The notes: generated from the letters alone by a model not told the origin. 64,000 nucleotides of DNA from Bacilli bacterium (GCA_022653695.1 JALCSW010000002.1:342605-406604), one strand, 5' to 3'; counted from the stretch's first letter, positions 6,597 through 15,239 are shown. Program-made: numbers and translations.

Positions 6597-8792
6597 TTAA
6601 TAATCCAACGGGTCCACATCTATCGCGATATCGACGCCGCCTTTCCCGCCGTAGCGGGAGACAAGGCTCCTCAAAGACGGCCGCAGAAGATCCGGTTTTT
6701 TGCTCTTGATGAGAAGCATCCTCCGATACTTACCCTTGTTCATGAGGTAGAAAGGCGGCAAAGGGCCGACGACGGAAACGGTCGCCAGGTTTTCGCTAAG
6801 GAGGGCTCGCTTGAAATCGCCGGAACTCGCCACCGCCTTCTCCTCGGAAAGGGAAGAGAAGACGAGCAAAAAGAGGTAAACGTAGGGCGGATATTGCTGG
6901 GCGCGACGCTCCTGCATCTCGCGGGCGAAAAAGGACTCGTAATCCTGCTTGGCCCCGTAAACGATCGCGTAATGGCTCGGGTTGTAGCTTTGGATGATGG
7001 CTTCGCCCGGCTTGCTCGAGCGGCCGCTTCGCCCGGCGGCTTGGGCGATGAGCTCGAACGTCCTTTCGGCGGCCCGATACGTCGGAAGGGCCAGGCCGAT
7101 GTCCGCCAAAACGACGCCCGAAAGGGTGACGTTGGGGAAGTCGTGGCCTTTGGCGATCATTTGGGTTCCGACCAAAATATCGTACTTCCCATCGCGGAAT
7201 TCGCGAAGGATCCGCTCAACGTTCCTGCTGACTTTGCCCACGTCGCTGTCGAGACGGGCGACCTTCACGCCGGGGAAGAGGTCGTTCAGTTCCTTCTCGA
7301 CCCTTTCGGTCCCGTATCCCGTCCGCATGAGGTTATCGGCCCCGCATTCGGGGCAACGGGCCGGGAACGGGGCGACGTAACCGCAATGATGGCACTTGAG
7401 CATGTTGTCGCTTTGGTGATACGTGAGGTTCCCGCCGCAACTAGGGCACAGGAAAAGATGCCCGCAATGGGGGCAGATGATGTTGGTCCAATAGCCTCTC
7501 CGGTTGATAAGGAGGATTATTTGCTCCTTTTTGTCGAGCTTCTCCCTTATTTTGACGAGGAGCGGGCCGGATATTTTCTCGCTGTCCTTCGTGAAATTGC
7601 GGCGATCCGTGAGATCAACGATCGTCGTCGTGGGCATGATCTGGTCATGGATCCGATGCCGCATCTCGGCATAGCCGTAGACGCCCCGCATGGCACGGGC
7701 CTTGGTCTCGAGGGAAGGGGTCGCGCTTCCCAAAACGACTTTGGCTTTTTCCTGGCGGCCCCGCATGATGGCGACTTCCCGGGCATGGTAATAGGGGGCG
7801 TTATCCTGCTTGTAGCTATCGACGTGTTCCTCGTCGAGGACGATAAGGCCGATGTTCGGCAAAGGGGCGAAGACGGCGCTGCGGGCCCCGACGACGATGG
7901 GGGCCTCGCCTTTGGCGATGCGACGGTATTCGTCGTAACGTTCCCCCGGGGTCAACTCGCTATGGAGGATCGCCACTTTATTGCCAAAACGGCGCGAAAA
8001 ATACTCGACCATGGCCGGCGTTAGGTTTATCTCGGGGACCAGCATCAAAACGCTCTTGCCCTCCTTAAGGACCTTTTCGCTGAGGCGCAGGTAGACTTCG
8101 GTTTTGCCACTTCCGGTGACGCCTTCGAGAAGCACCACCTCCTTCTCCGAAGAAAGGATCGCCTCGTAGGCTTGCCGCTGCTCGATCGTCATTTCGTGCG
8201 GTTCCTCGCGTTCCTCGGGCGGAATCTTGTAACGGCGCCTTTCCTGGCGGAAGAGGCGGACGCGCCCAGATTCGACGAGTTTGTTCAAAACCGCCGGCGA
8301 ACCGGCCTCTTTCCGAAGAATCGGGTGATTGGCGGCGACGAGGCGCAACATCTCCGTTTGCTTGGGGGTGAGCCCACTCTCGGAGGCGGAGACCAAATCG
8401 ACCATGGTCTCATAGGCGATTTTGGGCCCATGGAGCGAAGAGAGCTTCGGCGAGAGCGACTGAGGCAACATCGCCTGCAGAACGGTGATGAGAGGCGACA
8501 GGTAGTAATCGCTCACCCGCTTGGCCAAATCCATCAAGGCGTCCGTCAGAAGCGGTTCCTCATCGATCACGTCGATGATTTTTTTGATCGGATAACCGTT
8601 TTTCGCCTCGAGCTCATCGGGCGTCAGATCGCTTTCGGCGACGCCGGTGACGAACCCCATGATGGGGCGGCCGGCGAAATCGATGAGGACGCGAAAGCGC
8701 GGCTCGACGCGCTTGGGTCCCTCATATAAATAGGAAAAAGTCCGGTCCAAGGCCCGAGCTCCGTACTGGGTGAGCACATCGAGGATAAGCAC
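6597..8792 (-). CDS. priA: Primosomal protein N' (replication restart helicase PriA)
   Basis: Walker A GVTGSGKT, DEEH box (LDEEH), and zinc-binding CPHCGHLFLCPSCGG...CHHCG...CPECG. 731 aa. Confidence 0.9.
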   Translation of the reverse strand: MLILDVLTQYGARALDRTFSYLYEGPKRVEPRFRVLIDFAGRPIMGFVTGVAESDLTPDELEAKNGYPIKKIIDVIDEEPLLTDALMDLAKRVSDYYLSPLITVLQAMLPQSLSPKLSSLHGPKIAYETMVDLVSASESGLTPKQTEMLRLVAANHPILRKEAGSPAVLNKLVESGRVRLFRQERRRYKIPPEEREEPHEMTIEQRQAYEAILSSEKEVVLLEGVTGSGKTEVYLRLSEKVLKEGKSVLMLVPEINLTPAMVEYFSRRFGNKVAILHSELTPGERYDEYRRIAKGEAPIVVGARSAVFAPLPNIGLIVLDEEHVDSYKQDNAPYYHAREVAIMRGRQEKAKVVLGSATPSLETKARAMRGVYGYAEMRHRIHDQIMPTTTIVDLTDRRNFTKDSEKISGPLLVKIREKLDKKEQIILLINRRGYWTNIICPHCGHLFLCPSCGGNLTYHQSDNMLKCHHCGYVAPFPARCPECGADNLMRTGYGTERVEKELNDLFPGVKVARLDSDVGKVSRNVERILREFRDGKYDILVGTQMIAKGHDFPNVTLSGVVLADIGLALPTYRAAERTFELIAQAAGRSGRSSKPGEAIIQSYNPSHYAIVYGAKQDYESFFAREMQERRAQQYPPYVYLFLLVFSSLSEEKAVASSGDFKRALLSENLATVSVVGPLPPFYLMNKGKYRRMLLIKSKKPDLLRPSLRSLVSRYGGKGGVDIAIDVDPLDY

Positions 8793-8806
8793 AAAGGAAT
8801 TATAAC

Positions 8807-9400
8807 TTACTTCGTCGTAGACGAACGGGCGAGTTCGATTTCCTTGCGGATGATGCCTTGGATCTCGCTGGCGGCCCGCTCCACGCTGTCATTGGTCACC
8901 ACGTATTTGTAATGGGCGCTCATGCCCATTTCCTTCTTGGCTTTCTTAAGCCGCTCCTCGATGCACTTTTCCCCTTCCGTGCAGCGTCCGCGGATGCGGG
9001 CCTCAAGATCCTGAAAGCTCGGAGGCATGAGGAAAATGGAGACGACGTCCTGATCCTTCAGCCGATCAAGGACCTGAAGGGTCCCGTTGACTTCGATCTC
9101 GAGGATGACGTTTCTGCCCTCGAGGCGCTTTTCCTCCGCCTTGTCGAGCGGGGTGCCGTAATGGTGCCCGACGAAACAGGCATGCTCCAAAAGGTTGCCG
9201 CGCCTAAGATTGTCGGCGAATTCCTTTTCGCTCACGAAGAAATATTCCCGGCCGTTGACTTCACCCGGCCGTTGCTCGCGGGTGGTGAGCGAAATGCTGT
9301 ACCACAAATTCAAAGAGGGGTCTTTCATGACCGCTTGCCGAATGGTGCCTTTCCCGACTCCGCTCGGTCCCGATATGATGATCAAAAGCCCTTTTGCCAT
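8807..9400 (-). CDS. gmk: Guanylate kinase
   Basis: P-loop GPSGVGKGT, the TTREQRPGEVNGREYFF motif, and 197 aa. Confidence 0.9.
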   Translation of the reverse strand: MAKGLLIIISGPSGVGKGTIRQAVMKDPSLNLWYSISLTTREQRPGEVNGREYFFVSEKEFADNLRRGNLLEHACFVGHHYGTPLDKAEEKRLEGRNVILEIEVNGTLQVLDRLKDQDVVSIFLMPPSFQDLEARIRGRCTEGEKCIEERLKKAKKEMGMSAHYKYVVTNDSVERAASEIQGIIRKEIELARSSTTK

Positions 9401-9417
9401 AGGTGTGTGTAGTGCTA

Positions 9418-9446
9418 ATTATAGAGACAACGTCCATCCCTTACAA
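9418..9446 (-). promoter_or_regulatory. Sigma-70-type promoter for the gmk-priA string
   Basis: On the minus strand: TTGTAA (9446-9441), 17 nt, TATAAT (9423-9418). The gmk ATG at 9400 lies 17 nt downstream with no Shine-Dalgarno in between, so the leader is very short. Confidence 0.5.
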
Positions 9447-9458
9447 AGGAAATATATG

Positions 9459-9486
9459 AAAAAACGGGCTTTTTAGCCCGTTTTTG
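9459..9486. terminator. Bidirectional intrinsic terminator (downstream of degV)
   Basis: Stem ACGGGCT (9464-9470) / AGCCCGT (9475-9481) with loop TTTT. Flanked by A6 upstream and T5 downstream. Confidence 0.6.
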
Positions 9487-9651
9487 GATGCGCTTTGGCG
9501 TTAGGCGCCTCAAAACGCCCCCAATTCCGCCATCAACGATTGGCTAAGCGGGGGTCCACGTTTCGGCTTTTTGAGCAAACAAGAGCGTGAATCCCTGCCT
9601 TTTCGCCAAGCGACGCGCTAAGCGATAAGCCTCCGCGAAAACCACAGTTCG

Positions 9652-10515
9652 TCAATTCGGGGTTACCGGATGGTCGCCGTCGGCGTAAAACTGAACCCCA
9701 AGAACGTTCGGCCCCGCGTGAAAGGAATTCGTGGGCGAAGCCTGACAGACGTTGACTTCCTTAAATCCGGCGGCGAGGACTTTGGCCTTGGCTTTCTCAA
9801 GGATCGCCGGATCCATGGTGGAATAGTCGAAGAAACAGATTTTCTTATCGAGGCAAGGATGGGTGGCGAGCATGTCGTCGACATAAGCCAAAACGCATTT
9901 CTCGAGGCCGCCGCGGAATTTCTTGCCGACGGCGAATTTGCCCTCTTTGTCGCAAAGGATCTCAGGCTTAAGCTTCAAAAGGTTGGCGGCGAACATCACG
10001 AGTTTCGTGCAACGGCCGCCTTTATAAAGGAAGTCGAGACGATCGAGCTGAAACGAACACTGAACGGCGTCCCGACGCTCCAAAACGCGGGAGACGACCT
10101 CCTCAAAAGGATAGCCGGCGTCGATAAGCTCGCGGGCATAGAGGGCCTGAAGGGCGATGCCCCCGCTCGTGCAATGGGAGTCGATAACGACGATGTTGGG
10201 GTTGCCCCCCGCGGCCGCCACGGCGTTGTTATAACCGCTCGAAAGCCCGCTCGAAATGGTGAAATGGATGATTTTCGCATGGTTCTTCAAAAGGTCGGCG
10301 AAATGCCGCTCAAGTTCGCCGATGTTGCAGGCGCTGGTGTGGCAAAGGATCCCCGTCCGCAAAGTGAACGAGAAGAGATCCTGATTCGTGAACTTGTCGT
10401 CAAAGCCTTCCTCGTCGCCTTTCTGAACGTGGAAACGCAAAGTGTGGATATCGTATTTCTCAAGATCTTCCTTCCGAAGATCGATGGTGCTTTCGGCGGA
10501 GATGGCAATTGACAT
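9652..10515 (-). CDS. DegV-family fatty-acid-binding protein
   Basis: 287 aa. The overall DegV pattern (MSIAISAESTIDL..., ...HFTISSGLSSGYNNA..., ...HAGPNVLGV) and size fit the family. GAGGA RBS 9 nt upstream. Confidence 0.85.
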   Translation of the reverse strand: MSIAISAESTIDLRKEDLEKYDIHTLRFHVQKGDEEGFDDKFTNQDLFSFTLRTGILCHTSACNIGELERHFADLLKNHAKIIHFTISSGLSSGYNNAVAAAGGNPNIVVIDSHCTSGGIALQALYARELIDAGYPFEEVVSRVLERRDAVQCSFQLDRLDFLYKGGRCTKLVMFAANLLKLKPEILCDKEGKFAVGKKFRGGLEKCVLAYVDDMLATHPCLDKKICFFDYSTMDPAILEKAKAKVLAAGFKEVNVCQASPTNSFHAGPNVLGVQFYADGDHPVTPN

Positions 10516-10591
10516 AAATCTATTCCTCGAAACTATATTATCTAGTTTCGCTTACCAGTTCAACTGGGAAACCCTTATCGGAGGCTGAGGA

Positions 10592-10600
10592 TGCTATACT
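10592..10600 (+). promoter_or_regulatory. Extended -10 box placed for a leaderless rqcH transcript
   Basis: TGcTATACT (TG 10592-10593, TATACT 10595-10600) is followed by exactly 6 nt and then the ATG at 10607. No Shine-Dalgarno is possible. Confidence 0.45.
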
Positions 10601-10606
10601 ATTTTC

Positions 10607-12037
10607 ATGCCATTGAGCGCGAAAGAACTAAGCGAACATGTCAAGGCGGTGGAATCGAAAGCCAAAGGCCGTCGCCTTTTCCGCGTCGTTTCGTATAGCG
10701 AATCGGCGTTTTTCGCGATTCTCTCGGGCAAAGACCCAAAACGGCTCGTCATCGTCCTTTCCGACGAGGACCCGCGGATTTACCTCGCGCCGGACGGGAC
10801 CGAGGCGCCCACTTTGGAAAGCAAGTTCGCCGATCTTCTTCGGAAAGAGCTCGCGAACGCCTGCCTCGCCGACGCCAAGACGATAAACGAAGATCGGGTG
10901 GTTCGCCTTTCCTTCTCCGTCGTCAACGCCGTCTATAAAGAGGAAAAGAGAAACCTCTATTTCGAGCTCATCCCCCACCACGCCAATCTGATCCTCACCG
11001 CCGCGGATGACAAAATTCTGGGGGCTTTCCGTCAGGGCAGCCTTGAGGATGAGCGGCCTCTACTACGGGGAACCCTCTACCAAAGCCCAAGGAAAAAGCC
11101 GTTCGCCAAAGAGGAAAAAGGCGGATTCGACGAAAACTTCTATGAGGAAGAGTGCCTTAGGAAGGAAAGCGACCTCGCCGCGCGGCGGAAAAAAGACCGC
11201 TTTGGCTACCTTCTTGAGGACCTCAAGCGCCAAAAAAGGCTCCTTGAGCGGAAAATCCGCGCCATCGAGGGCGATCTCGCCAACGCCAAAACGCACGTAG
11301 GGGACGGAGCCTACGGCGATTACATCTTCATGAACATGGGCGACTTGCCCCAAAAGGCCGCCTCCTTATCCGTCGACGGAAAGGAAATACCCCTCGATCC
11401 GAGGCGCAACTTATCGCAAAACGCCCAACTTTTCCATAAAAGGGCGAAGAAGGCCAAAGCCACCCTCGCCATGGGCGCAAGCAACCTTCGGAAAGCGGAA
11501 GCCGAATTGGCGGCGACGCGAGAGGACCTCGCCCTCCTCGAAAAGGCCGACGAAGAAGGGCTCGAGGGGCTCGCCTCCTCATGGGGGCTCGAACCCGCCC
11601 GCCGAGCCGGAAAGAGAAAAGACGTCCGGAAGGCTTCCTTCCGCCTTCCCCATGGAATCGCCCCTCGCGTCGTCGACTACAAGGGGACCAAGATCCTCTT
11701 TGGGAAATCGGCCAAGGAAAACGACTGCCTGACTTTCCTTCTCGACACGAGCAAGGGGCACGCTTGGCTCCACGTCGAAGGAACGACCGGTTCGCACGTC
11801 ATGATCAAAAAGGACGACCCCAGCGAAGACGAGATCCGTTTGGCCGCGGAAATCTGCCTTTTGAATTCGGGGCTCGAATCGGGCGAAGTGATGGTCGCTC
11901 GGCGCGGCGACGTCCGAAAAGGACGCGCGCCCGGGCAAGCCATCGTGAAAACGTTTCGGACGATTCGCCTGAAAGAGGTCTCGCCTCTGGCCAAAGACCT
12001 TCTCCGGCAAGCCAAGAAAGCGGAACTCGCCCGATGA
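10607..12037 (+). CDS. rqcH: RqcH / NFACT-family ribosome quality-control protein (FbpA-like)
   Basis: NFACT-N features (INEDRVVRLSF with the DR pair, ELIPHHANLIL), a coiled-coil middle, and an NFACT-R/DUF814 block WLHVEGTTGSHVMIK. 476 aa, shorter than Bacillus RqcH. Confidence 0.8.
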   Translation: MPLSAKELSEHVKAVESKAKGRRLFRVVSYSESAFFAILSGKDPKRLVIVLSDEDPRIYLAPDGTEAPTLESKFADLLRKELANACLADAKTINEDRVVRLSFSVVNAVYKEEKRNLYFELIPHHANLILTAADDKILGAFRQGSLEDERPLLRGTLYQSPRKKPFAKEEKGGFDENFYEEECLRKESDLAARRKKDRFGYLLEDLKRQKRLLERKIRAIEGDLANAKTHVGDGAYGDYIFMNMGDLPQKAASLSVDGKEIPLDPRRNLSQNAQLFHKRAKKAKATLAMGASNLRKAEAELAATREDLALLEKADEEGLEGLASSWGLEPARRAGKRKDVRKASFRLPHGIAPRVVDYKGTKILFGKSAKENDCLTFLLDTSKGHAWLHVEGTTGSHVMIKKDDPSEDEIRLAAEICLLNSGLESGEVMVARRGDVRKGRAPGQAIVKTFRTIRLKEVSPLAKDLLRQAKKAELAR

Positions 12038-12825
12038 GGGAAGCACATTCCTTATACCGTCGCCTCACGGGGAGGGCCGCCCGAAGCGCGACCGCCCTGG
12101 AAGGCGGCCTTTCCAACGGCAGCTACCTCATCAACGGAACGGAGGTTCTGCGCGTCAAGCTTCCTTCCGACCCCGTGTTCTACCGCCCGCGCGACGAACG
12201 CGAGATCATTGAGGCGGCCGCTTCGATCGGTCTAGCGCCGCTTCTCATCGCCTTCGACGGGGAAACGGGCGACATGGTGAGCGAATTCGTGGAGGGAACC
12301 CCGTTCCTAGGGCCTGAAGCCACCGTCGAGGAGGTCGCCTCCATCGTCTCTGCCCTTAAAAGAATGCACGCCATCGGAGGGGGATTCGCCCCTTTCGATC
12401 TATGGGGCCGTTACGAAGAATACGAGAAGGAAGCCGGCGTCGCCGCCCTTCCGGGCGAAAAAGCGCTCAAGGAACGAGTCCAGAGAACCTTCGAAGGCGA
12501 ACCCTTGGTCCTTTGCCATAATGACGTGGTCCGAGGCAACGTCCTCAAAAGAAAAGACGGAAGCCTGATCCTCGTCGATTACGAATTCGCGGGCCTCAAC
12601 TACGCCGAATTCGATTTCGCGAGCCTCTATAGCGAGAACCGCCTCGACCCACGCGTGAGGAAAAAACTTCTTAGCCAAGGGGACGCGAAGACCGTTCTCA
12701 TGATCAAGGTGGCCAACCGCCTATGGCATTATTGGGCGCTCGCCCGCTACAAGGCCACCGGAAAACGGGTTTTTCGGGAAATCGCGGACGAGAAACTCGC
12801 CGCCGTCCTGAATGAAGAGCCCTAG
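12034..12825 (+). CDS. Choline/ethanolamine-kinase-like (APH-fold) phosphotransferase
   Basis: Start at ATG 12034 (MREAHSLYRRL), in ATGA overlap with the rqcH stop. The ORF-track extension from 11581 lies inside rqcH. Brenner-type HNDVVRGNVL and LVDYEFAG motifs. Confidence 0.75.
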   Translation: MREAHSLYRRLTGRAARSATALEGGLSNGSYLINGTEVLRVKLPSDPVFYRPRDEREIIEAAASIGLAPLLIAFDGETGDMVSEFVEGTPFLGPEATVEEVASIVSALKRMHAIGGGFAPFDLWGRYEEYEKEAGVAALPGEKALKERVQRTFEGEPLVLCHNDVVRGNVLKRKDGSLILVDYEFAGLNYAEFDFASLYSENRLDPRVRKKLLSQGDAKTVLMIKVANRLWHYWALARYKATGKRVFREIADEKLAAVLNEEP

Positions 12826-12827
12826 CC

Positions 12828-14630
12828 TCAGGGCCGCTTCGTCTCTTTTGGCGGCCCAAGGGGCTTTTTTTCGCGCTTAAGGAAGCCGACGAGGAAAAGG
12901 GCGAGGAAAACCAAGAAAGCCACGACGAAGCCGATCGAGAAGCCGGCCATGTCGATGCCAACGTCCATCCAACGAGCCCCACGCTCAAGGGAAGGGATAA
13001 GCTGAACGGCTTCGCTCGTCAGGGCGGTGAGAAAACCGATCCCGAGATTCGTCAAGGCGAATTTCCACCACTCTTTCCTAAAAGGGCCTTCGAAAAAGGA
13101 GTGCCAGAAAAGGCAGCCGAAAACCCCAAGGCAAAGGAACAGGCCAAGATGACCGATGTTTTTCCTGACCCAAATGTGGAAACTCGCGTTCTCGGGGGAG
13201 ACCGTCGCGGGGCTCACCATGACGGAAAAGGACACGGAAAGGGACGGGTCGGCCTCACTGCGGACGGTAAGGGAATAATCCCCCGTCGCCGGGAACGACA
13301 GCGTGAGGGAACTCGTGTTCTCCCCATAAACGAGGACGTCCCCCTCGAGGTCGTCGACCGTCAGGTTGGAATCCGTCGGCGCGGTTCCCCCGAAATCGCC
13401 TTTGAGGTAGACGCTCGTGGTCTTCTCGACCCTGATGGAGGAAGGAAGGGCCCGAAAGGACTGAGCCTCGCCGGTCGAAGTGGCGTAAAGCAAACTCATT
13501 GAGGATGGGACGATCTCGCTCGTCTCGGCCTCGATGGCCGCCTCGGCGCTTGGCTCGGCGCGAAGGGCGGCATGAACGATGAAGGCGCCCTTTTCGCGAT
13601 AGCCTTGGATATGGCACACGGAATCGCCCGCGGAGACGATGCGGGCTTTGAGGCCGTATTCGTTGCCGGTGAGCCACCACCGGACGGAGGGATCGGCCCC
13701 TTCGGCGAGGCCCGAAACGCGCGCGGCGAAGGAGGCCCCGTATTTCGCGGCGTCTTCGCCATAGTCAAGCAAGCGGACCTCGCCTGAGGTTTTTTCGATT
13801 CCCAGCGAAGCGCCCCCCGGGCTTGGCAAGGCCCCCGCGACGGTCAAGCGGCAAGTTTTGTCGCCGACCCGAAGGAGCGAGGAGCCCTCGCCGACGGCTC
13901 GGACGTTGCCATATTCGTCAATCGTGGCGACCCTCTCGTCGCCGGAAGAGTGCTCAAGAAGGGTCGGATCGTAGTAACGGAGGAACTTCGTCATGTCGAT
14001 TTGGCTCGATTCCCCCGGGCCCACCGTGACTTCCATGGTCTCGTTGACACGGAGGGAAGTCGCGGGGAAATCCACCGCGTAATCGTCCGGGGCGGGCAAA
14101 GCCACCGCATCGAACGCGTAGAAATAAGGGGGGAGCTTGCCGGCGACGATTTTTATCTCGGCCCCTTCGCACGGGGAACTTGGGACGATGCGCACGACAT
14201 GGTTGCCGGTGTCGACGGAATAGGCGAAGGAGTCGCCCCCTTTGGCCGCGGTCACCTCGAAAGTTCCGTCCTCGACGCCGATTTTCCCATAGGGGTAGGA
14301 AACCTCAAACCAAAGGCGGGTCGTCGTTCCGACGGCGATTTGGGGAACCCCGTCGATCGAGGGAAGGTAAGTCGTGTCGCCTTCGACTCCGTCTTTGAGG
14401 GCGATCGCCGTCGGCTCGATGACCTCGGCGGTCGCGTTCCCGCTTCCGAGGTTAACGAAAAACGCCACCGCCTGCGCAACTAATTCGCTTTGGGACGAGG
14501 AAATATCCCCCGGCAAGCAGGATTGCACGAGGATGAAAGCGCCGAAGAAGGCATAGAAAGCGAGAAAGGCCCAAAAGGAGGCCTTTCTTTGACTTGGTTT
14601 ATTTTCCTTCGTCAGGGAACTCTTCCTCAT
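12828..14630 (-). CDS. Surface protein: N-terminal anchor, Ig-like (Big_2-like) region, C-terminal VanZ-like membrane domain
   Basis: Start at ATG 14630 (MRKSSLTKENKPSQRKASFWAFLAFYAFFGAFIL), 32 nt inside the ppa 3' end. Big_2-like segment DERVATIDEYGNVRAVGEGSSLLRV. The C-terminus VRKNIGHLGLFLCLGVFG plus 3 more TM helices fits the VanZ pattern. Confidence 0.65.
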   Translation of the reverse strand: MRKSSLTKENKPSQRKASFWAFLAFYAFFGAFILVQSCLPGDISSSQSELVAQAVAFFVNLGSGNATAEVIEPTAIALKDGVEGDTTYLPSIDGVPQIAVGTTTRLWFEVSYPYGKIGVEDGTFEVTAAKGGDSFAYSVDTGNHVVRIVPSSPCEGAEIKIVAGKLPPYFYAFDAVALPAPDDYAVDFPATSLRVNETMEVTVGPGESSQIDMTKFLRYYDPTLLEHSSGDERVATIDEYGNVRAVGEGSSLLRVGDKTCRLTVAGALPSPGGASLGIEKTSGEVRLLDYGEDAAKYGASFAARVSGLAEGADPSVRWWLTGNEYGLKARIVSAGDSVCHIQGYREKGAFIVHAALRAEPSAEAAIEAETSEIVPSSMSLLYATSTGEAQSFRALPSSIRVEKTTSVYLKGDFGGTAPTDSNLTVDDLEGDVLVYGENTSSLTLSFPATGDYSLTVRSEADPSLSVSFSVMVSPATVSPENASFHIWVRKNIGHLGLFLCLGVFGCLFWHSFFEGPFRKEWWKFALTNLGIGFLTALTSEAVQLIPSLERGARWMDVGIDMAGFSIGFVVAFLVFLALFLVGFLKREKKPLGPPKETKRP

Positions 14631-15141
14631 AAGCGGCGATGCCTCGCGCGATGGCCTCCCTAGCGGCGGCGCGGCCGCGGATCTCATGGACCACGGTGCG
14701 CTTGCCGTGCTCAAGCTCTTTGTAGACGGTGAAGAAATGCATGATCTCGTCGCTCACGTGCTGGGGCAACTCGGAGATATCCTTATAAGCGGAATAGAGC
14801 GGGTCGTGGGCGCAGATGGCGATGATCTTCTCGTCAAGCGAGCCGGTGTCGTCCATCTCCAAGATGCCGATGGGGAAGGCTTGGGTAAGCGCGAGGGGGA
14901 CGATGGGCTCGCTCGAGATGACGAGGACGTCGAGGGGGTCGCCATCATCGCTTAAGGTATGGGGAATGAAACCGTAATTCTGAGGGTAATGGGTCGAAGT
15001 ATAAAGGATCCGGTCAAGGATCAGAGCCCCGGTCGCCTTGTCGAGTTCGTACTTGTTTTTCGAACCGGCGGGGATCTCGATGCAGGCGATGAATTCGTCG
15101 GGTTTGACGCGAGAGCCGGAAACGGCATGCCAAATGTTCAT
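14599..15141 (-). CDS. ppa: Inorganic pyrophosphatase, family I
   Basis: IEIPAGSKNKYELD, YPQNYGFIP and DGDPLDVLV motifs. 180 aa. Confidence 0.9.
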   Translation of the reverse strand: MNIWHAVSGSRVKPDEFIACIEIPAGSKNKYELDKATGALILDRILYTSTHYPQNYGFIPHTLSDDGDPLDVLVISSEPIVPLALTQAFPIGILEMDDTGSLDEKIIAICAHDPLYSAYKDISELPQHVSDEIMHFFTVYKELEHGKRTVVHEIRGRAAAREAIARGIAAYEEEFPDEGK

Positions 15142-15239
15142 GATTAAGCCTCTTTAAGGAAGTAACAACAATAGATTATGCCATGGCGGGAAGGGAAAGG
15201 AAACCACCCACGCGCGCGAAAAAGCGGTACACTAGAGCC

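Noticed and set aside
6549-8024. A 491-aa ORF antisense to priA. Comparable long antisense ORFs: 4841-5620, 9670-10512, 16161-17588, 18763-19653, 20241-21482, 26614-27456, 28301-29416, 34070-35263, 36932-38095, 41839-42792, 48033-48881, 49666-50424, 50470-51306, 52874-53962, 55534-56487, 59646-60656.
   Set aside because: The opposite strand carries unmistakable conserved proteins (PriA, AtpA, AtpD, GlpK, PepP and others). The antisense products are Arg/Gly/Asp/Val/Pro-rich and motif-free, as expected for stop-poor frames in GC-rich DNA.
11581-12033. N-terminal extensions of several ORF-track entries: 11581 for the kinase-like gene, 59409 for the ligase, 52145-52507 for vsr, 2844-2996 for prkC, 3592-3672 for prpC, 22863-22937 for atpE, 17699-17755 for atpC, 14631-14714, 51073-51162, 57601-57753, 15183-15239.
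   Set aside because: The extensions lie inside neighbouring genes or promoters and are basic, low-complexity sequence. The internal starts give canonical N-termini, signal peptides, or ATGA coupling to the upstream stop.
14520-14630. Lipoprotein call for the Big_2-VanZ protein based on LVQSC.
   Set aside because: Gln at -2 and Val at -3 do not fit the [LVI][ASTVI][GAS]C lipobox. It is treated as an uncleaved anchor or ordinary signal.
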